This document shows, piece after piece, positions 27,341-33,356 of a stretch of 33,356 bases of DNA (the first letter of the stretch is position 1; each line of letters opens with the position of its first letter). The DNA is taken from contig JAHEXS010000001.1 in the NCBI GenBank assembly GCA_023252015.1, positions 1 to 33,356 on the forward strand, in the 5' to 3' direction. The position numbers and the translations under genes were made by a program. The notes beneath the pieces were generated by a model that did no database searches, was not told where the DNA came from, and worked only from the letters and a program-made list of their open reading frames with translations. This DNA comes from Candidatus Nitrosotenuis sp. Lineage in GTDB: Archaea; Thermoproteota; Nitrososphaeria; Nitrososphaerales; Nitrosopumilaceae.

Positions 27341-27590
27341 TCAGCAAAACGAGAGAACCCGAAAGGCATCTCCTGGAAGAATCTGAAAAATCTTGTAAAT
27401 CGGTGCAGTTCTTGAATCGATGTCAGGAAGATCACTTCCAAGCGTTATCATTATCACCACAAACAGCGACAATGCAAAGAGGTCATAACCTGTAGGGCCT
27501 GATCCCCCGAGAGTACACAAAGACAAGGAGCAAAACCACTCTGAAACTTGCAACGATTCCTGTATCGATATGTTCTTTCATGTAAGGCAT
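27341..27590 (-). pseudogene. Truncated, frameshifted YdjM-like membrane metal-dependent hydrolase
   Basis: ATG at 27590 gives MPYMKEHIDTG (M...H...G) plus a hydrophobic stretch, then the frame shifts to LGSDLPDIDS; the later HRG/THS motifs are missing. Confidence 0.6.
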
Positions 27591-27846
27591 TATACGACCT
27601 CTAAAATGCAGTAAACACAAATTTTCTCTAATTACTTTACTACCGTGACTCTAGTTCGGAAATTCTTCGACGGAAACAAAAGTGGAGGGAGATTTCGATA
27701 CCTTCTGGGTAGCGAGTCCCTTTGGACCAACTTCTACTTAATGACCTGCCCTGTTTTAGGACGACCTTTCCGTTGGAAAGCGTCTCAATGTATTACCACT
27801 TCTCAGTGCGTAAGAGATTTTATTTTGGGTGATGTAATATAACCGA

Positions 27847-28041
27847 TTGAAAGAACAGGAAATTTGCAGTTATTGTAAACGGCCAATTGATGATCATACT
27901 GGGAGCGAGTTATTTTCATGCAAGCTGGAGATAGAAAAAAAGCCAACCATGACTGACGATGAAGCTGTAGACTCTTTTAACAAAATCAAGAGCGGTGAAT
28001 ACGCAAGAATGAAGCAAGATAATAAAAATTCAAAAGATTAA
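27847..28041 (+). CDS. Small putative Zn-finger protein
   Basis: CSYC-x6-H-x7-C in 64 aa; TTG start. Confidence 0.5.
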   Translation: MKEQEICSYCKRPIDDHTGSELFSCKLEIEKKPTMTDDEAVDSFNKIKSGEYARMKQDNKNSKD

Positions 28042-28078
28042 GGGATCATGTTTTTGAGTTAGTAAATCAATAATACTC

Positions 28079-28774
28079 ATGGAGATCCAGTCTTCCAGTA
28101 AAGATGATCTTATTGACGTAATTGAGAATGAAGCCAAAATCAAAGTAGAAGGTTTTATCGAAAGCGCAATTGAGGAAGCTCAAGAGGTTCATTCAGCAGT
28201 AAAAAGAGAGGATGGAATCTCCACCTTTTTGGAAACCCATATCTTTCCTGTTACCATTGACGTTATCCGACACTATAGGTCAGCAAACAAGTTACTGACC
28301 ATGCTCCAAATTGCATCATCTCTTTTACATGATGTCATGGAAGACAACGAAAGGATTCTGGATCTGTATGCATCCAAGTCATATGGATTTGATGCCTACT
28401 TTAGACACAGATTTGGAGAATATGTGTACGATGTTGTAACAACACTGAAGGTAAAATCATTAGATGATTACAAAGATTTTGACGAAAAAATCCGAGAAAC
28501 TGAGCGCTTTAAGGACTACTGTACCCATCTTCTCAAATCGGATTACGATGTCAAGGTAATCAAGTTGGCAGACAGGATAAACAACATGACCTTTATTGCA
28601 AATGTTCCAGGACATGAGAAAATAACTCGCTATCTGAGAGAGGCCGAGGACTTTTACCTTGCATTCACAACGATTTCGCCAAGAATGGATGACTTTTACG
28701 CCAGACTAAGAAAGGCCTACGATGATCTTAGAAGGATTAGCTCCAAAAGCGAAGAGATCGTCGTAAATTTCTAA
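28079..28774 (+). CDS. HD-domain hydrolase of the RelA/SpoT hydrolase (Mesh1/SAH-like) type
   Basis: AQEVH...R, ETHI, LLHDVMED, FGEYVYDVV, IKLADRINNM; no synthetase domain. Confidence 0.8.
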   Translation: MEIQSSSKDDLIDVIENEAKIKVEGFIESAIEEAQEVHSAVKREDGISTFLETHIFPVTIDVIRHYRSANKLLTMLQIASSLLHDVMEDNERILDLYASKSYGFDAYFRHRFGEYVYDVVTTLKVKSLDDYKDFDEKIRETERFKDYCTHLLKSDYDVKVIKLADRINNMTFIANVPGHEKITRYLREAEDFYLAFTTISPRMDDFYARLRKAYDDLRRISSKSEEIVVNF

Positions 28775-28986
28775 CCCATTTCGCTATGAGACCTTAGCTT
28801 ACAGTTACATGCTTTTCACAGAGCAATTACAATCAAGTAACACACTTACAGTTTGGACACGGTGTGTATTATGCGTAATCGTCTCACATGTTCTGATTAT
28901 AGAAAGGGCTTTGTGAAATTTAAGACTGAGTGGGACTTTTTAAAAAATTGATTACTTTATTATTTGATTTTCTAAAATCTGTTAAA

Positions 28987-30858
28987 CTATCCGTATTGAT
29001 AATTGATTCCTTTTTCACCGCGGGGATGACGCCACTCAGTCTCTTGAGAACAGGTCCCACACTCGATGCAGCCTTCGTGTGAAAGCATGACTAGGTTGTT
29101 TTCCAAGCTGTAGCAGTTGGTAGGACATAACACAACCAACTTTTTCATGAACTCACTTGTTGGGTTTAGTACCTTGATGTGTGATTGACCGTCATCATTA
29201 TAGCTGAGTCTGGCGATTCTCTCAGATATTGAAGGAATTGTTGGCGAGTAGCTAGCTGTAATGGTGGTGCCAAGTCTTTGGGCAATCTCTATTGGTACCT
29301 TGACATAGGTGTCCACAGACTCAACCATAGGAAGCAGTCTGTCGTAGCCAAGAATGTTTGCAAACTTAACTGCCACACTTCGGATGGCACCGCTTGACAT
29401 CAATTTCATGATTGTCCCGTATCTGGAGCTGATGATGTCCTTTGGAACGTCCTTTGAGGCATCTAAAAAGATCTTCAAGTAGTTCTTGTCTATCTCAGTT
29501 AGATCTTTGGTGTAAGGGCTTTGTTCCAATGACTGGACATATGATTCGCCAAGATAAGTTGGCGCAAAATTATTTCGCTCAATGGCATTTGAAATTGCAT
29601 TTGCGGCCCTTGCGGCATCGTCTATTCCAACGTTTAGGCCCTCGATTCTCGGACCAACAAAAATTCCCCTTCCTGCAGCATCTCCAACAAAAAGTATGTT
29701 CTTAAAGTACGGTTTTTTCATTCTACAGCGTTTGCCATCTGGAATGAGCTTTGCACTGTATTCTGCCTCGACATAGTCGGTTGCAAAGCTTACCTTGTAC
29801 TTGCTTGTCAGCTGGTCCCGAATCAACACCAGTTTTTCTTGCAGGTCTTTTTCTGAAACGAATTTACCTGATTTCATGAGATCATTTTTTTTATGTGAAG
29901 AAAGTGCCGCATCACGCAGCTCGTACCATGATTTTATCATCTTTGTAACTGCAAAACGAATGCGGAGCTGGTCTTCTTGTGGGAGCTTTTTGTCAATCTC
30001 TGCACGTTTTGGTACCTCGTCTTTGATAAATTCGCTAACAAACGGATTTTTCAACAATTCGTTGATGAGTGTGTATGGCTCTGCCGGATTTTCCAAAAGC
30101 GAGTCAAAGTGGTAGACTGCCCCAAGTGAAATCGTGTTTTGGTTTGTGTACAAAAATCCACCACCAATGTGGTTCAGTGTGACATCACCTGCAAAGAGAT
30201 GTGCCGCACCATGTCCGGAATCCACACTAAATCTTTCGTTGATTATGTCTTCTGGCAATTTTATGATGACCTTTACTCCCTGGTATAGCTGTTCTGGCGA
30301 GAACTTGGGTCTTGCACCTGTCATATCGGCTACCTCCGAGTTTACACCATCGGCTGCAATGATTGCCTTGACTTCGAACTGCTCAAGCTCATCGGTTGTA
30401 ACTATTGTCTTATCTCCATCCCAGCTGATGGAGCTGACATGTACCCCTGACACTATGCCACCGCCGTACTTTTGTGCACTTTCTGAGGCGTATTCTGCAA
30501 ACCAGCCGTTCAGCTTGTTGAGCAGAACAGAATACCCAAAGTTTGCCTCATATTCGTGAGCCGCAGTCAGGTCCATTGAAAAAACTTTGTCCTTTGAGGT
30601 TGCATGCAAGATGTATTTTGTTATCTTTCTTTCAAATGGTGCATCCTGAAAAAAGATCTCACCAAAGACATCTTCGACGTTAAAGACACGGCCTTTCTTT
30701 GGCTTTTTAGAATACAGTATACCACCTGAAACATTTTTTGAACCAACCTTGTTTCCTGCCTCAAGCAAGATGGCTTGTTTGCCGAGGTTAGCAAGCTGTT
30801 TTAATGCAGCGAGTCCTGCAGAGCCGCCTCCAATTATTGCAACATCATATTTTTCCAA
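28987..30858 (-). CDS. fixC: FixC-FixX fusion (ETF:quinone oxidoreductase-like flavoprotein with C-terminal ferredoxin domain)
   Basis: GGGSAG, GSKNVSGG, ADGVNS, GGGFLYTN, EYSAKLIP, VGDAAG; C-terminal CPTNCY...CIECGTC...WRHPRG..GINYQYG (FixX-like); AGGTGA RBS before the TTG start. Confidence 0.9.
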   Translation of the reverse strand: MEKYDVAIIGGGSAGLAALKQLANLGKQAILLEAGNKVGSKNVSGGILYSKKPKKGRVFNVEDVFGEIFFQDAPFERKITKYILHATSKDKVFSMDLTAAHEYEANFGYSVLLNKLNGWFAEYASESAQKYGGGIVSGVHVSSISWDGDKTIVTTDELEQFEVKAIIAADGVNSEVADMTGARPKFSPEQLYQGVKVIIKLPEDIINERFSVDSGHGAAHLFAGDVTLNHIGGGFLYTNQNTISLGAVYHFDSLLENPAEPYTLINELLKNPFVSEFIKDEVPKRAEIDKKLPQEDQLRIRFAVTKMIKSWYELRDAALSSHKKNDLMKSGKFVSEKDLQEKLVLIRDQLTSKYKVSFATDYVEAEYSAKLIPDGKRCRMKKPYFKNILFVGDAAGRGIFVGPRIEGLNVGIDDAARAANAISNAIERNNFAPTYLGESYVQSLEQSPYTKDLTEIDKNYLKIFLDASKDVPKDIISSRYGTIMKLMSSGAIRSVAVKFANILGYDRLLPMVESVDTYVKVPIEIAQRLGTTITASYSPTIPSISERIARLSYNDDGQSHIKVLNPTSEFMKKLVVLCPTNCYSLENNLVMLSHEGCIECGTCSQETEWRHPRGEKGINYQYG

Positions 30859-30866
30859 GTAATCAC

Positions 30867-32051
30867 CTATGCAGTGGCAGTCTGCGACTGGACTTTGAAC
30901 TCCTCAATCAAAAGTGGAATCACATCCTCCATTCTACCCTTTATGAAAATATCTGATTCGTCTTTGATTGGTGCTGCATCATCGGGATTTATTGCAACCA
31001 CAAAGGCTGACTCCTTCATTCCAGCAATGTGTTGCATTGCACCACTAATGCCGGCTGCAATGTACACAAGCGGGCTGATCTTTCGGCCGCTTGTGCCAAT
31101 CACTCTGTCTGGGATCATGTACGTTGAGGCAACCGACTGGCTTACAGAAAACGGCTTCTTTGAGATTGGAAGTGATACTCCGATTTGAGCACCAAGATCC
31201 TTTGCCAGGCGTTCTATCAGCTTGATGTTTTGCTCAGGCGACTCCTTTATTCCCCTACCAAAGCTTACCACCGCTTTGTGACTGTCAAAATCGATTTGGC
31301 TTTTTATTATTTTTCTTGAGAGGACCTTGACACGAAGATCGTTTTGATCGATTTTGGGCACGTATTCTATGATGACACCATTTCTTTTTTGGTCTGGATC
31401 GATTGGCTCAAAGACTCCAGGAATTATACTACATGATTGAGGGTGATAGTCCCGCTCAATTGCGGGGTTTGTGTTGTCAAGACACAAAATCGTAGTCCAC
31501 AAAAATCCAGAAAAGTCAGGCCTATACATCTCCAGTGTTTTTTTGTAAATTACTGGCATGCCGTTTGTTTTTTGCTGGTGGTTTATCTCCAAGTCGCTTA
31601 TCTCCAGCTTGTTGATGTCCGAGGCAAGTCCTGCTTCCAGCTCTGCCAGAACGGTAGATGAGAGGTGTCTTCCAATACTGTCTGCTGCAAAAAACATGTA
31701 GCGTGGTCGCTTGAACTGATCAGCATACTTCGGCTCGATTCTTCTTGCAATCTCTTTGTCTTTTGCTATTTGGCTGATTATCTTTGTGTATGTGGTGTTT
31801 CGAATCTCTTTTAGATCTGGGTTATCAGCAATAATAACAGCATCTGCGCCTGCCTTGATCAGCGATTCTGAAATCTCTTTTACATTTTGACCAAGCAGGA
31901 CTGCAACTACTTTTTCTGATGAATCGTTTTGTTTGTTGAATTTATCAAATAATCGTCTTGCCTCACCTAGCATCTCAAAGCTGACAGGGACGAGCTTGCC
32001 GTCTTGGACCTCAATTACTACATACACATGTCGATAATCCCCTTCGGTCAT
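30867..32051 (-). CDS. fixB: Electron transfer flavoprotein alpha subunit (FixB/EtfA)
   Basis: SFEMLGEARRL, GADAV, RPDFSG, SFGRGI, YIAAGISGAMQHIAGM, AINPD..API; ATGA overlap with fixA. Confidence 0.92.
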   Translation of the reverse strand: MTEGDYRHVYVVIEVQDGKLVPVSFEMLGEARRLFDKFNKQNDSSEKVVAVLLGQNVKEISESLIKAGADAVIIADNPDLKEIRNTTYTKIISQIAKDKEIARRIEPKYADQFKRPRYMFFAADSIGRHLSSTVLAELEAGLASDINKLEISDLEINHQQKTNGMPVIYKKTLEMYRPDFSGFLWTTILCLDNTNPAIERDYHPQSCSIIPGVFEPIDPDQKRNGVIIEYVPKIDQNDLRVKVLSRKIIKSQIDFDSHKAVVSFGRGIKESPEQNIKLIERLAKDLGAQIGVSLPISKKPFSVSQSVASTYMIPDRVIGTSGRKISPLVYIAAGISGAMQHIAGMKESAFVVAINPDDAAPIKDESDIFIKGRMEDVIPLLIEEFKVQSQTATA

Positions 32052-32926
32052 TTTATCACCATTGCAGATAATGCCTCGCGAATCTTCGATACTGCCTTGC
32101 GGATGTGCTCGGGATTTGAGCCATCAAGCACCTCTGCCTGCCTTTTTGCTTTTCCTTGTGGGATTCTCTCTACTTTGTATACTATTGTAGGGGAGCCCGG
32201 CAGTCCAACGAGGGTTTTATCGGCTCCAAGCTGTTCTACGTTGAAGACCTGAAGATAATATTTGTGGTTTTTTGATCTAACCTCTGATTCCTTTCTGTAC
32301 TTTGCAAATGAGAGCCTCTGCGAAACGGTATTAAAAATTGGCTTATAGGAAGGATCGACGGCGATGAAGACCGGCAGTGGAGCTTCTACCTCCTCTACTA
32401 TGTCACAAAATCCTTGCAAAGAGATCAACCTTTTTGCCTTGATGGTTCTTGCATCCAAGTCTACCTCGTAATCGATTACGTTTCCCAAAAATGTAAAGCC
32501 GAGCTTCCATGCAGTCTGCGGACCTGTCTGTCCTGTTTCTCCATCAGATGCCCGATGACCTGAAAAAACAATATCGATGTCTCCTTGCATCTTTTTTATG
32601 CCTGCCTTTAGTGTCTCGGCTGTTGCCAAAGTGTCGGCTCCTGCAAAGACTCGGTCGCTGTACAAATGAAGCTCGTCGGCGTTACTTAGGCGCTGGGCCG
32701 TCTGCAAGGCAAGTTCTGCTATTGGCGGGCCCATCGTTGCAACCGAGACCCTAGCGCCGTATTTTACCTTGGCATAAAAGGCAGCCTCGGCTGCAATGGC
32801 ACTGTGTGGTCCTAGAGTGTTTTTTGTTTCTGCCCTGTTTAGTGTTCCATCAGGGTTATAGCTAACACTACCTTCAGAAAAATCAGGCTCTAATTTGATG
32901 ACGACTGCAACATTTAGCTGACTCAC
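32048..32926 (-). CDS. fixA: Electron transfer flavoprotein beta subunit (FixA/EtfB)
   Basis: VVIKLEPD, TMGPP, DRVFAGADTLAT, DGETGQTGP, GLPGSPT.V. Confidence 0.92.
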   Translation of the reverse strand: MSQLNVAVVIKLEPDFSEGSVSYNPDGTLNRAETKNTLGPHSAIAAEAAFYAKVKYGARVSVATMGPPIAELALQTAQRLSNADELHLYSDRVFAGADTLATAETLKAGIKKMQGDIDIVFSGHRASDGETGQTGPQTAWKLGFTFLGNVIDYEVDLDARTIKAKRLISLQGFCDIVEEVEAPLPVFIAVDPSYKPIFNTVSQRLSFAKYRKESEVRSKNHKYYLQVFNVEQLGADKTLVGLPGSPTIVYKVERIPQGKAKRQAEVLDGSNPEHIRKAVSKIREALSAMVIK

Positions 32927-33064
32927 GACTTAGTACTACGTCAACTGCCGTTTATGTATGACCCTTCAATCATTGCAATCCGTGTTTTGTCTAATTTCAG
33001 CTGAGGATATCAGATTTCTTGAACTTGCATAAAACTGATTAATTCAGTCTTTGACTTATTCTGT

Positions 33065-33356
33065 GTGAATCGCAATGGCTTCAGATCGTGGCTAGAGTTG
33101 TACGGTACTGCTTGGAAGACTCGAGATCCCAAGCTGATCAAAAATCTTTTTGCAGAGGGTGCTAAATATTATGAAAAACCATTTGAATCCCCAATAAGTG
33201 GTATTGAATCAATAATGGAATACTGGTCAGTCATAGCCCAAACTCAGCAAAACATCAAGTTCGATTATGATATTCTCGACGTAGACAAAAACCAAGGAAT
33301 AGCACACTGGTCCGCATCTTTTATTCGTAAGCTAACTCAAACTCAAGTTAATCTAG
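33065..33356 (+). CDS. SnoaL/NTF2-like protein (3' truncated by window edge; absent from the ORF track)
   Basis: GTG at 33065 opens MNRNGFRSWLELYGTAWKTRDPKLIKNLFAEGAKYYEKPFESPISGIESIMEYW...AHWSASF with no stop. Confidence 0.75.
   Translation, partial: MNRNGFRSWLELYGTAWKTRDPKLIKNLFAEGAKYYEKPFESPISGIESIMEYWSVIAQTQQNIKFDYDILDVDKNQGIAHWSASFIRKLTQTQVNL

Larger units (their letters stand above)
19701..28041. mobile_element. Putative decayed genomic island / variable region anchored at tRNA-Ile2
   Basis: Abrupt shift to AT-rich DNA, long intergenic gaps, two pseudogenes, signalling and PHA cargo, possible degenerate tRNA 3' copy at 27713-27737; no integrase visible. Confidence 0.45.

Noticed and set aside
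27645-27842. 65-aa plus-strand ORF
   Set aside because: No motif, and it spans the putative degenerate tRNA fragment.
29442-32754. Plus-strand ORFs opposite the fix operon
   Set aside because: Antisense shadows of fixABC.
1-33356. CRISPR arrays, IS elements, integrases, rRNA, defence genes
   Set aside because: No regular repeat-spacer pattern or corresponding protein motifs seen by eye.

Overview
Chromosomal window from an ammonia-oxidising archaeon (Nitrososphaerota/Thaumarchaeota, probably Nitrosopumilales such as Nitrosotenuis; lineage inferred from gene content, order and protein style, not from a search). 1-19.7 kb is core genome: the 3' end of rfcL, a Cys-rich protein, a Zn-MDR reductase, an inserted soluble histidine kinase, the three-gene acetyl/propionyl-CoA carboxylase (3HP/4HB cycle), a peroxiredoxin, an 11-subunit complex I lacking NuoEFG (nuoABCDHIJKMLN), a trans-prenyltransferase, tRNA-Glu(TTC) with a 16-nt BHB intron in the T-loop, a CADD-like diiron protein and tRNA-Ile2(CAT). 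From the tRNA-Ile 3' end to about 28 kb is a visibly AT-richer, partly decayed accessory block. It holds a membrane protein, a DUF6659-like gene with a frameshifted paralog, an RHH-type protein, a Cache-HAMP histidine kinase, a stand-alone receiver, a class III PHA synthase (phaEC) preceded by nested inverted repeats, small Zn-finger ORFs, a YdjM-like pseudogene and a possible degenerate tRNA 3' copy. The right end has a Mesh1/SpoT-like HD hydrolase, an etfB-etfA-fixCX operon with bifurcating-type motifs and a fused single-cluster FixX, and a truncated SnoaL/NTF2-like gene. No CRISPR array, integrase or transposase was seen.
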